From positions 20,210 to 84,209 of the forward strand of contig JAIORQ010000100.1 of assembly GCA_021108035.1 (NCBI GenBank): 64,000 nucleotides of DNA. The letters run 5' to 3'. The notes under the pieces are model-generated. The model was not told where the DNA came from. It ran no database searches and was given only the letters and a program-made list of their open reading frames with translations. Source of the DNA: Bacteroidales bacterium (GTDB taxonomy: Bacteria; Bacteroidota; Bacteroidia; Bacteroidales; JAADGE01). Position numbers and translations under genes: made by a program. Numbering within the stretch: position 1 is the first letter of the stretch; each line of letters opens with the position of its first letter. Shown in pieces: positions 1 to 9,085 of this stretch.

Positions 1-872
1 TTATTTACTTTCATAAATTCACATTCGCTGCATGCACATTCAGCATCTTCTGCAGCAGCAGGAATAAAAAACTTTTCGGGGCTTACTTTTTTCATTTCAT
101 GAATAACACCCGGTTCTGTAACAACAATAAAACTTTCGCTGTTATTTTCTTTTGTGTATTTTATTAATGCAGAAGTTGATCCTATAAAATCTGAAATTGT
201 AAGTATTTGCTTCGGACATTCAGGATGTGCAATTATTTTGGCATCAGGAGTCATTTTTTTTTGTTCTAAAATACCTTCAAGTGAAAATTCATTATGAACA
301 TGACAAGCACCGTCCCATATAACCATTTTCCTTCCTGTTAATCTGCTTACATAATTGCCGAGATTTTTATCAGGTCCGAATAATATTTTTTTATCTTTCG
401 GTATTGATTCAATAATTTTTACTGCATTAGAAGATGTACAAACTATATCTGTAAGTGCTTTAACTGCAGCTGTTGTATTTACATAAGAAACAACTGTATG
501 ATCCGGATGTTTTTTTACAAATTTTCTGAAATCATCTGCCGGACAGGAATCTGCAAGAGAACAACCTGCATTAAGATCCGGAAGAATAACTTTTTTATCA
601 GGCGATAAAATTTTTGCTGTTTCAGCCATAAAGTGTACACCGACAAAAACAATTATATCAGCTTCTGTAACAGCAGCTTTTTGCGAGAGAGCAAGACTAT
701 CACCAACAAAATCTGCAATGTCTTGAATTTCGGCATCTACATAATAGTGAGCAAGTATCACAGCATTTTTTTCTTTTCTTAATTTCTTGATTTCTTTTTT
801 ATAATTAAAATCCTTATCTGATTTACTTTTTATAAAACCTTTTTCTTTTATTTCTTTGAGAAGATCTTCCAT
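1..872 (-). CDS. nadA: Quinolinate synthase NadA, 3' end beyond the left edge
   Basis: Not in the ORF track. Manual translation from ATG at 872 gives [13 protein letters not shown]...[28 protein letters not shown]...[15 protein letters not shown]...[10 protein letters not shown] and, at the window edge, [12 protein letters not shown] with no stop. Confidence 0.95.
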   Translation of the reverse strand, partial: MEDLLKEIKEKGFIKSKSDKDFNYKKEIKKLRKEKNAVILAHYYVDAEIQDIADFVGDSLALSQKAAVTEADIIVFVGVHFMAETAKILSPDKKVILPDLNAGCSLADSCPADDFRKFVKKHPDHTVVSYVNTTAAVKALTDIVCTSSNAVKIIESIPKDKKILFGPDKNLGNYVSRLTGRKMVIWDGACHVHNEFSLEGILEQKKMTPDAKIIAHPECPKQILTISDFIGSTSALIKYTKENNSESFIVVTEPGVIHEMKKVSPEKFFIPAAAEDAECACSECEFMKVN

Positions 873-1443
873 ATATATTATTATTATAATATTTATTTTA
901 AAACTATATGATAATGATAATAGGCTGTTAATAATTTCATAAAATTATTGAAAAAAACTTGCATTTTTAAATTTAATAAAAGAATAAACAGCGAGTTAAG
1001 AATTATTAATATATAAACTTATTTTAAATCAGAAAATTACATGATATTATTAACAATTGTCAGTATATAAATTTACTAAATTTATTTAAAAAAATTTTAT
1101 TTGTTACTTATTAATATATTGTCAGTAATAATTAATAATAATTAAAAATTTAAATTGAATAATTGTAAATTCTTATTATAATGATAAATTATTTTTCTTT
1201 GCAAAATTAACTTTTAATTTTCTATATTAAAATTATCAACTTTTTATTAAAAAATTAAGAAAAATTTAATCAATTGAAATATATATAAATAGGAATAGTT
1301 TTTAACAGCTTGTTAGTATCTAAATTTAAAATTATTTTAACGAAATATTTACATAATTCATTAGTTATTAATCGCTTATAAAAGAAAATTTAATTTAAAA
1401 AAATTGAAATAATACTATCTTCTTTATATAAAATGATAAATTT
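873..1443. other. Very AT-rich intergenic region, candidate replication origin and/or divergent promoter region
   Basis: 571 bp with no ORF. TGTTAATAA at 926-934, TTATTAACA at 1047-1055, TTATCAACT at 1233-1241, and ATTGTCAGTA twice (1056-1065, 1118-1127). Confidence 0.4.
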
Positions 1444-1875
1444 ATGAAAAAAATTGCATTTGCATGTGATCATGCAGGATTTGAAACAAAAGAATTTTTG
1501 ATAAAATTGTTAAAAAAACAAGGTTATGAAACTAAAGATTTCGGAACCTATTCTTCTGAAAGTGTAGATTACCCTGATTATGCCCACCCAATGGCAAAAG
1601 CTGTTGAAAATAAAGAATATGATTTTGGAATATCTTTATGCGGCAGCGGAAACGGAATTAATATGACAGCTAATAAACACCAAGGAATAAGATCTGCTTT
1701 ATGCTGGAATGAAGAGATTGCAGAACTTGCCAGATTACATAATAATGCTAATATTTGTGCATTACCGGCACGTTTTATAAAAAGACAATTAGCAGCAAAA
1801 ATTGTTGAAATCTTTATAAAAACTGATTTTGAAGGAGGAAGACATATCATAAGAACAGAAAAAATAAAAATATAA
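1444..1875 (+). CDS. rpiB: Ribose-5-phosphate isomerase B
   Basis: ACDHAG, SVDYPDYA, CGSGNG, ANKHQGIRSALCW, HNNAN and FEGGRH motifs of the RpiB/LacAB family. Confidence 0.96.
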   Translation: MKKIAFACDHAGFETKEFLIKLLKKQGYETKDFGTYSSESVDYPDYAHPMAKAVENKEYDFGISLCGSGNGINMTANKHQGIRSALCWNEEIAELARLHNNANICALPARFIKRQLAAKIVEIFIKTDFEGGRHIIRTEKIKI

Positions 1876-1909
1876 AAAACTCTTTTTATATTAAAACTAA
1901 AAAAATTAT

Positions 1910-1917
1910 TACCTTTG
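1910..1917 (+). promoter_or_regulatory. Bacteroidota sigma-A -7 box (TACCTTTG) for the Rrf2 gene
   Basis: Matches TAnnTTTG and ends 20 bp upstream of the ATG at 1937. Confidence 0.6.
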
Positions 1918-1936
1918 GTACGGAAAAAGAAATATT

Positions 1937-2380
1937 ATGATTTCAAATACATGTAAATACGGAATTAGAGCAGTAATTTATCTTGCAGTTAATATTTCCG
2001 GAGACGAAAAAATAGGAATAAAGAAAATATCGGAAGACCTTGATTTGCCGGGACCCTTTTTGGGTAAAATTATGCAATCTTTAGCAAAAAATAAAATGCT
2101 GAAATCAGTTAAAGGTCCTCACGGAGGATTTAGTTTGGCCAAGGATCCCGATGATATTTCTCTTTACGATATTGTTAGCATAATTGACGGAACAGATGTG
2201 TTTCATGAATGTTTAATAGGAGTAAAAATTTGTGAGAATAATCCTGAAAATGAAAAATTTTGCCCTTTTATGAAAAGGTCTCACATAGTGAGAGAAAGTA
2301 TGAAAAAAGTTTTTGAAGAACAAACAATAGGAGAGTTTGTAAGAGGAATTAAAAGTGTTGATACATTTTTGCAAATTTGA
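1937..2380 (+). CDS. Rrf2-family transcriptional regulator
   Basis: N-terminal YGIRAVIYLA, winged-helix LGKIMQSLAK...SVKGPHGGF, ISLYDIV..IDG, and three C-terminal Cys (CLIGVKIC...CPF). Confidence 0.92.
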   Translation: MISNTCKYGIRAVIYLAVNISGDEKIGIKKISEDLDLPGPFLGKIMQSLAKNKMLKSVKGPHGGFSLAKDPDDISLYDIVSIIDGTDVFHECLIGVKICENNPENEKFCPFMKRSHIVRESMKKVFEEQTIGEFVRGIKSVDTFLQI

Positions 2381-2788
2381 TTATGTTTTAAATACTGACA
2401 TGATTTTTGTTTTAAAGTAAAGAAAATATCCGACAATTATTCCGAAAAAATTTGCAATAAAATCGTAAAAACTTCCGAAGCGGGTATCAGTCAGTAATTC
2501 TTGAATTATTTCGATAATACCGCTAAAGATTAGTATAACGGTAAGAACCGATAAAGTAAGCAAACTTGTCGGTTTTTTTTTGCTGTTGTGAATATCAATT
2601 AAAAGTGCTGCAGTTAAAAGTAAATACATAAAAAAATGAATAAGTTTATCTGAATGTTCGAAATTAATAAAATTAACTTTATCAGTTTTTTCTGCAGGTA
2701 ACAGGCTTAATAAAAGCACAATAATAACAGTAATAATTGATTTATAATATTTAAGTAATTTTGTCAAATGTCCGGTATTTATGTTCAT
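2381..2788 (-). CDS. VanZ-family membrane protein (start uncertain: ATG 2788 or TTG 2767; 2839 unlikely)
   Basis: SDKLIHFFMY, IEIIQE...R.GSFYDFIANFFG motifs with 3-4 hydrophobic helices. Confidence 0.85.
   Translation of the reverse strand: MNINTGHLTKLLKYYKSIITVIIVLLLSLLPAEKTDKVNFINFEHSDKLIHFFMYLLLTAALLIDIHNSKKKPTSLLTLSVLTVILIFSGIIEIIQELLTDTRFGSFYDFIANFFGIIVGYFLYFKTKIMSVFKT
2756..2763 (+). promoter_or_regulatory. -7 box (TAATTTTG) just upstream of hemW, inside the vanZ coding region
   Basis: TAnnTTTG match ending 4 nt before the hemW ATG at 2768. Confidence 0.45.
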
Positions 2789-3898
2789 ATTCCGTTTTGT
2801 GCAAAAAAATGTTTTTACTGTGATTTCTACACAGTACAATCAACAAAGTATAAGAATGATTATCTTAATGCTTTATTTTCAGAAATCAAATTAAGAAAAA
2901 ATTATTTGAATAATGATATTATTGAGACAATATATCTTGGAGGAGGAACTCCAAGCACATTAAAAACAGATGAAATTGAAAAAATTATACAGGAAATAAA
3001 GAAATATCACAAGGTTTTAAAAAATGCTGAGGTAACAGTTGAAGTAAATCCGGATGATGTTGATCAAGAATATGTTAAAGGACTAAAACAAACATCTGTA
3101 AACAGAATAAGCATAGGACTTCAATCTTTTTTTGATGATGATTTAAAACTGATGAACAGAAGACATAATGCTTTGGAAAATGAAAAAGCCGTTAAGTTGT
3201 TGCAAGATGCGGGATATTTTAATATAAGCGGAGATTTGATATACGGATTACCCGGACAAAGTACAAAAAAATGGAAAGAAAACCTTAATCTTTTTTTTGC
3301 ATTAAATCTTCCTCACTTATCTGCGTATCATCTTACATATGAGGCTAATACAATATTTCACAATTATTTGAAAAAAGGAAAAATAAGAGAAATACCGGAA
3401 GAAAGAAGCGAAGAACAGTTTCTACTTTTATGTACAGAAGCAGAAAAGAACAATTTTATTCATTATGAAACATCAAATTTTGCAAAACCCGGTTTTTATT
3501 CAAAACATAATACAGCTTATTGGCAACAAAAAAATTATTTGGGTTTAGGTACTGCAGCACATTCATATAACGGTAAATCTCGTCAATTTAATGTGAAGAG
3601 CTTAACAAAATATATTGAAAAAATAAACAATAAAACTAATCATTATGAAATAGAAATTCTCTCTGTAACAGATAAATATAACGATTATTTAATAACAAGT
3701 TTAAGAACAATCAGAGGTGTTGATTTAAACTATATAAATGATACATTCGGAACCGGATATTCGGATTACATAATAAAGCATTCAGCAGAACACATAAAAA
3801 GCGGTTTTCTTATTAGAGAGAATAATAAAATTTATATTACAAAAAAAGGGAAATTTATTGAGGACAGTCTTTTAGAAAAGTTGTTTTGCATTACTTAA
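2768..3898 (+). CDS. hemW: Radical SAM family heme chaperone HemW (HemN-like)
   Basis: IYVHIPFCAKKCFYCDF (CxxxCxxC), YLGGGTPS, EVNP, RISIGLQSF, DLIYGLPGQ, YETSNFAKPG..SKHN..YW. Confidence 0.94.
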   Translation: MSGIYVHIPFCAKKCFYCDFYTVQSTKYKNDYLNALFSEIKLRKNYLNNDIIETIYLGGGTPSTLKTDEIEKIIQEIKKYHKVLKNAEVTVEVNPDDVDQEYVKGLKQTSVNRISIGLQSFFDDDLKLMNRRHNALENEKAVKLLQDAGYFNISGDLIYGLPGQSTKKWKENLNLFFALNLPHLSAYHLTYEANTIFHNYLKKGKIREIPEERSEEQFLLLCTEAEKNNFIHYETSNFAKPGFYSKHNTAYWQQKNYLGLGTAAHSYNGKSRQFNVKSLTKYIEKINNKTNHYEIEILSVTDKYNDYLITSLRTIRGVDLNYINDTFGTGYSDYIIKHSAEHIKSGFLIRENNKIYITKKGKFIEDSLLEKLFCIT

Positions 3899-3904
3899 TA
3901 CTTC

Positions 3905-5857
3905 CTAAAGTAAAGCAGACTTGTCGGTAAAATTGGTTAGTTTAATTTTGAAGTCGTTTAGTTTTAATTTTTCTTGTCTTAATTTTTCCAATTTTTCTTC
4001 TTGTTCTTCAGATTCTTGTTCATATATTTTAATAATCTTTTGATCAATTTCTTTGATTTTTATTTGTACAATTTTTAATTTAAATTTATCAATTGCTTCC
4101 GGAACAGTTTCATATAGTCTCATACCCGGAAGATCAGTAGTGCCTCCTTGTTTGCTCCAAAGTTTCTTGCTTAACTCTTTTGAAGGACCGGTAAGTTCTG
4201 CAACAATACTGCTGATTTTTTCATCTTGATGCTTTAAAAAATAATCGATAATTGATTCATTATCAGAAGAAAAGAATTCCTCATAATCCTCAAAAATTTC
4301 TTTGTATATCAAGTTATTGAATTCTAAATGCTCATTTTTAATTTCATTGATTATATATTGAGCAACTGTTAAATTTGCAATATTATTTTCATCATAAGAA
4401 ATAATTTCATTTCCGAAGTTCAACAAATATGATATTATTTCCTTTTCATTGATTTCAGAAAACACACCTGTTATTTCTGCCGGAATTTGCGGTGTTTGTA
4501 TGGTTTTTTTGTATGTATGTTGATTGAAACGTTTTCTGTTATCATCATAATTTTTTCTTAAGACCCTTCTTACTTCTTCATACAGTATTTCTTCTTTAGT
4601 ATCTAATAATTTTGCCGTTGATCTGATGTATTCGGCACGCAAAATTTTATCAGGGATAACGGCAACAGAACGTACAATATCTTTCACTAAATTTGCACGT
4701 TTTACAGGATCATTATGAGCATCTTCAGCGAGTAGTTTTGCTTTAAATTCAATAAAATCTTTCTCATTTTCATTAATAAAAGTTTCAAGTTCTTGTGTTG
4801 ATTTTGAGCGTGCAAAAGAATCGGGATCCTCACCTTCAGGTAAAGTTACTATTCTAACATTCATTTCTTCTGCAAGAACCAGATCAATACCCCTTAAAGA
4901 TGCTTTAATTCCTGCAGGATCACCGTCAAAAATAATTGTGAGATTGGTAGTAAATCGCCGTACCAGTTTGATTTGATCTGTTGTTAAAGCTGTTCCGGAA
5001 GATGCAACAACATTCTCAATACCTGATTGATACATAGATATTACATCTGTATATCCTTCAACCATGTAACATTTATCATGTTTAACAATTGAGTTTTTTG
5101 CAAAATAGATACCGTAAAGAATTTTTGATTTATGATATATTTCAGATTCAGGAGAATTAAGATATTTTGCTGTTTGACTGTCTTTTTTTAAAGTTCTGCC
5201 GCCAAAAGCAATAACTTTTCCCGAAAGGGTATGAATAGGAAAAATAACACGTTCCGAAAAGCGATCAAAATTATAATTGCTTTCTTTTTTAACAATGGTT
5301 AGTCCGGTATTTTCGAGAAACTTCAATTTATATCCGCTTTTCAATGCTGATTCTGTTAATGCATCTCTTTTCTTCGGACTCCAACCGAGTTCAAACTTTT
5401 TAATAATATCATCTCTGAAACCACGCTCTGTAAAATAACTTAATCCTATATTTTTCCCTTCTTCTGTAGATTGAAGTGTTTTCTTAAAAAAGTTTTTAGC
5501 AAATTCGGTAACGATAAATAAACTGTCTCGTTCTTGTTTTTCTTGGATTTTTTCTTCAGATAATTCTTCTTCAATAACTTCAATGTGATATTTTTTTGCG
5601 AGGATTTTAAGAGCTTCAGGAAACGAAACTTTTTCGTGTTCCATTACGAATTTAACTGCATTTCCGGCAGCACCGCAACCAAAACATTTATAGATACCTT
5701 TAGCAGGAGAAACCATAAAAGAAGGAGTCTTTTCATCATGAAAAGGGCAATTTCCTTTAAAATTTGCACCGGCTTTTTTTAAGTTTATGTAATCTCTTAT
5801 AACATCGTAAACATCGGCGGCATCGAATATTTTATCAACGGTTTCTCGGGGTATCAT
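3905..5857 (-). CDS. dnaG: DNA primase
   Basis: CHC2 zinc finger CPFHDEKTPSF...CFGC, FGGR, KYLNSPE, TOPRIM VEGYTDV and FDGDPAG, DPD motif. Confidence 0.98.
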   Translation of the reverse strand: MIPRETVDKIFDAADVYDVIRDYINLKKAGANFKGNCPFHDEKTPSFMVSPAKGIYKCFGCGAAGNAVKFVMEHEKVSFPEALKILAKKYHIEVIEEELSEEKIQEKQERDSLFIVTEFAKNFFKKTLQSTEEGKNIGLSYFTERGFRDDIIKKFELGWSPKKRDALTESALKSGYKLKFLENTGLTIVKKESNYNFDRFSERVIFPIHTLSGKVIAFGGRTLKKDSQTAKYLNSPESEIYHKSKILYGIYFAKNSIVKHDKCYMVEGYTDVISMYQSGIENVVASSGTALTTDQIKLVRRFTTNLTIIFDGDPAGIKASLRGIDLVLAEEMNVRIVTLPEGEDPDSFARSKSTQELETFINENEKDFIEFKAKLLAEDAHNDPVKRANLVKDIVRSVAVIPDKILRAEYIRSTAKLLDTKEEILYEEVRRVLRKNYDDNRKRFNQHTYKKTIQTPQIPAEITGVFSEINEKEIISYLLNFGNEIISYDENNIANLTVAQYIINEIKNEHLEFNNLIYKEIFEDYEEFFSSDNESIIDYFLKHQDEKISSIVAELTGPSKELSKKLWSKQGGTTDLPGMRLYETVPEAIDKFKLKIVQIKIKEIDQKIIKIYEQESEEQEEKLEKLRQEKLKLNDFKIKLTNFTDKSALL

Positions 5858-5946
5858 TTTTTTAATGCTTGAATGTTTAAATATCTGTCAAATTTTGCCA
5901 ATATAGCTTATGTAAATTAAGAATCCAAACTCTAATCTGCATAAAA

Positions 5947-6693
5947 TTATTTTTTAAACAACTGAGGAATTTTAATGATATTTTTCATTATAACAGTTTG
6001 CCAACCGCCGAGTTTGTTCTTCTTTAAAGCTTTTACATCTTCTTTCATTTTTTTGATGATGTTTTTCAAACTTTTATTGCTTTCACCGCCAATTCTCATT
6101 TTAATCATCACCTCCGGAAGATATGCCGTTGATATTTTATGTTTTCCGAGAAAGCGCAAAATAATATCATAATCGGCAGCAATTTTTAAGTTAGTATCGA
6201 AAACACCGCAATTTTCGTAAACTTCTTTTTTTACAAGAAAAGTAGGATGGGGAGGCATCCATCCTTTTTTTAATTTAGAAAATGTAAATTCTCCGGACTT
6301 CCAATATCTAATTATTTTACCGGTATCTTCTTTTGCAACATACTGCAAATCCCCATAGATGCTATCGATTTGCTTTTCTGAAAAAAGGTTTACTGCTTTT
6401 TCGATTATAGTTTGTTCTGCATAAATATCATCTGCGTGCAAAAAACATATTATATCACCGGATGCATATTTTATCCCTTTATTTAAAGCATCATAAATGC
6501 CTTTATCAGGCTCGCTTATAATTTTTGCAATTTTATCTTGATGTTTTTTTATGATTTGAATTGTATTGTCAGAAGAATTTCCGTCAATAATAATATGTTC
6601 AATATTTTTGTATGTTTGGGAAGATACAGATAAAACAGTATCTTCAACAGTATTTTCGTTATTGTATGTTGCTGTTATTATTGAGACTTTCAT
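5947..6693 (-). CDS. Glycosyltransferase family 2 (WcaE-like)
   Basis: VSIITATYN, IDGNSSDNT, SEPDKGIYDALNKG, LHADD, MPPHPT, AADYD. Confidence 0.92.
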   Translation of the reverse strand: MKVSIITATYNNENTVEDTVLSVSSQTYKNIEHIIIDGNSSDNTIQIIKKHQDKIAKIISEPDKGIYDALNKGIKYASGDIICFLHADDIYAEQTIIEKAVNLFSEKQIDSIYGDLQYVAKEDTGKIIRYWKSGEFTFSKLKKGWMPPHPTFLVKKEVYENCGVFDTNLKIAADYDIILRFLGKHKISTAYLPEVMIKMRIGGESNKSLKNIIKKMKEDVKALKKNKLGGWQTVIMKNIIKIPQLFKK

Positions 6694-6698
6694 ATTAG

Positions 6699-6717
6699 AC
6701 GCTGATTTACGCAGATT
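6699..6717. repeat. Short 10-bp-period imperfect tandem repeat ACGCTGATT-T-ACGCAGATT
   Basis: Read directly between the GT2 start and the stop of the inserted hypothetical gene. Confidence 0.55.
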
Positions 6718-6726
6718 CTTATGATT

Positions 6727-7182
6727 CTATTCAGGCAAGTATCCGGTTTGTATTTTTTTAATTAATAAGATTATTTTATTTAGTGCATTTTTTGTCAGGT
6801 CAAGTATTATTATTTCGTTAATCTCAATTTCAGGATTATTAGTTAAAAATAAACTAAACCAAATACCTCTTTCAAAATTTTCATCACCAATTGTCATTAT
6901 CTGATGTTGTGGCAAATATTGGTTTTTATGCTTAACTTCCCTAAACGCAATTTCTTCATCTGCAATATCATGTATTAAATCATGTTGTTCCCCAATTCCA
7001 CATATATAAGCTACATTTTTTTCAATTGCAGCATTAATAATTTCACTAAATAATTTAGTATTTTTTTCTTTTGCTATAATTACTATACACCAATTCTGTT
7101 TTGGAAAAACATTTTTCCGGCTAATTGCAGAATGTTCTGTAAAATTTACAATTCGATTGTTAATTTTACCAAGAGTTTCCAT
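6727..7182 (-). CDS. Hypothetical protein
   Basis: 151-aa ORF, same strand as its neighbours and tightly packed, with no recognisable sugar-enzyme motif. Confidence 0.7.
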   Translation of the reverse strand: METLGKINNRIVNFTEHSAISRKNVFPKQNWCIVIIAKEKNTKLFSEIINAAIEKNVAYICGIGEQHDLIHDIADEEIAFREVKHKNQYLPQHQIMTIGDENFERGIWFSLFLTNNPEIEINEIIILDLTKNALNKIILLIKKIQTGYLPE

Positions 7183-7193
7183 TTAATTAAACT

Positions 7194-7745
7194 TTATTGA
7201 ATATTTCTTTTCCTGACTTCAACAGCCGGATTACCTTGATAAATAGTATATTCTTCAAGATTTTTAGAGGCAACAGAATTTACTGAAAGTATTGAATGAG
7301 ATTTGCATGTAACTCCGGGAGCTACAATACTTTTTGCTCCAATCCAAACACCTTCTTCCAGTTTTATTTCACCAACAATAAGATCAAAAGTCTGCTTTTT
7401 GTAATTATGATTTCCGCATAACAGCATAGCTCCTTGTGAGACGCTAACATTATCTCCAATTTTAACCTTAGCCAAATTATCAATCCACACCTTTTCACCT
7501 ATCCACACATTATTTCCGACAGTTAAAAACCAGGGATATTTGATATTTACAGATGGCTTTATAATAACACCTTCTCCGATTTTTGCACCGTATAACCTTA
7601 ATAAAAAAACCTTTAAAGAGCTAAACGGATTCCAAGGGTTTAAAAAGAAAAGGACATTAGTATAATACCACAATGTTCTTTTAATGAAACCTGCACCGGG
7701 TTTATACCATGAATTATCAAAGTCAGCTAATTTTGTTTTATTCAT
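7194..7745 (-). CDS. wcaF: WcaF-like hexapeptide-repeat acetyltransferase
   Basis: LRLYGAKIG.GV.IKPSVNIKYPW.L.VGNNVWIGE.VWIDNL, SQGAMLLCGNH: typical WcaF signature. Confidence 0.88.
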   Translation of the reverse strand: MNKTKLADFDNSWYKPGAGFIKRTLWYYTNVLFFLNPWNPFSSLKVFLLRLYGAKIGEGVIIKPSVNIKYPWFLTVGNNVWIGEKVWIDNLAKVKIGDNVSVSQGAMLLCGNHNYKKQTFDLIVGEIKLEEGVWIGAKSIVAPGVTCKSHSILSVNSVASKNLEEYTIYQGNPAVEVRKRNIQ

Positions 7746-8892
7746 TTTTAAATAAGTTTTTTGTATCTGATATCAATAATTCATTATTTGTGCATTCTTT
7801 TGCAAAATTAAATGCTTTTTCTGACATAATTTTATATTCTTCTTGTTTCATATCAATACATTTTTGAATTGTATCAATAAACTTACTCTTTTCAGATAAA
7901 GCAATATCCCAACCGACATTTTTGTCCTCAAGATCTCGCCATGGTGTTTGGTCGCTTATAATTACCGGACAACCGGCAGAGAAGCTTTCTAATATTGAAT
8001 GCCCGAAATTTTCACCTTTAGAAGGCATAAAAGCAAAATGATATTTTAAAAAAGTTTTATGTATCATGCTGCTTTCAATGCTGTTTTTGTAGTTAACTTT
8101 TATGTTTTTCGGAAGAAGATTAATTATTTTATTACATTCTTTCCAGTATTTATTATTATAAATTGAACCGAATAAATCATATTCAATTTTTCCTGAAAAA
8201 TCAGTTGATGCTAATATTTGTAGTGCATATAAAGTGTTTTTTTCGGCAGAAATTCGTGCAATGCTTACTAATTTTAACTCTCCTTTTTGTTTAATAATTT
8301 GTTTTGGTTCTTTTGTTAAGGTTATTCTCGGGAAATTGGGTACAACATTAATATTTGCATTATTCGATAAAATTGTTTTTATATCAAGTGCTTCTTTTTT
8401 ATCAGTTGCTTGAAAATTTACGTCTTTATATAAACCAAAAAGTTTTGCAATAAATATAAATATTTTCTTTTTAAATTGTTTCGCACTAAATGCTTGTTTT
8501 GACAGCATTCCTCTGGGAGCAACAATAATTTTTTTTCCGGTTTTTTTTATTAATCTTAACGGAAGAATAGAAAAAAAAAATGAATAAATTCCGTTTATGT
8601 ATGCAATGTCGCAGTCAATATTATTTATAAGGTCTATAAGGTTTTTTTTGTTTTTTTTTGTTTCGGAAAAATAATAAACCGTTGCTTTAGATTCAAAATT
8701 AAGCCATTTATCTTTTGTTATTTCTGGATATGGCTCTTTTTCCAAATAATCTCTGTCAGATGTAACAATATAAAAATCAAAATATTCATGAAGTGCGTCA
8801 ATCATATTGGCAACAGATCTGATAGGTCCGCCGGCTTTATACCCAGGTAAAAACCAATCAATAAATACCAATATTTTCTTTTTTTTTGACAT
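7738..8892 (-). CDS. Glycosyltransferase family 4
   Basis: PGYKAGGPIRSV, APRGML, ARISAEKN, PSKGENFGHSILES..AGCPVIISDQTPW. Confidence 0.92.
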   Translation of the reverse strand: MSKKKKILVFIDWFLPGYKAGGPIRSVANMIDALHEYFDFYIVTSDRDYLEKEPYPEITKDKWLNFESKATVYYFSETKKNKKNLIDLINNIDCDIAYINGIYSFFFSILPLRLIKKTGKKIIVAPRGMLSKQAFSAKQFKKKIFIFIAKLFGLYKDVNFQATDKKEALDIKTILSNNANINVVPNFPRITLTKEPKQIIKQKGELKLVSIARISAEKNTLYALQILASTDFSGKIEYDLFGSIYNNKYWKECNKIINLLPKNIKVNYKNSIESSMIHKTFLKYHFAFMPSKGENFGHSILESFSAGCPVIISDQTPWRDLEDKNVGWDIALSEKSKFIDTIQKCIDMKQEEYKIMSEKAFNFAKECTNNELLISDTKNLFKNE

Positions 8893-9085
8893 TTACCGCA
8901 ATATTAGTAATTATTTTGCAATTATTTTTATATGTTTATGTTTATAATTTTAAAGATACTGTAGTCAACCTATCGGCAAACAGGGAACATCAATGATTAA
9001 ATAATTATTCCTCTTATTGTTTTAATAATAATTTAATCCGGGAAATTTCGTTTTTTGCATACATTGTAAATTATATCTGAGATAA

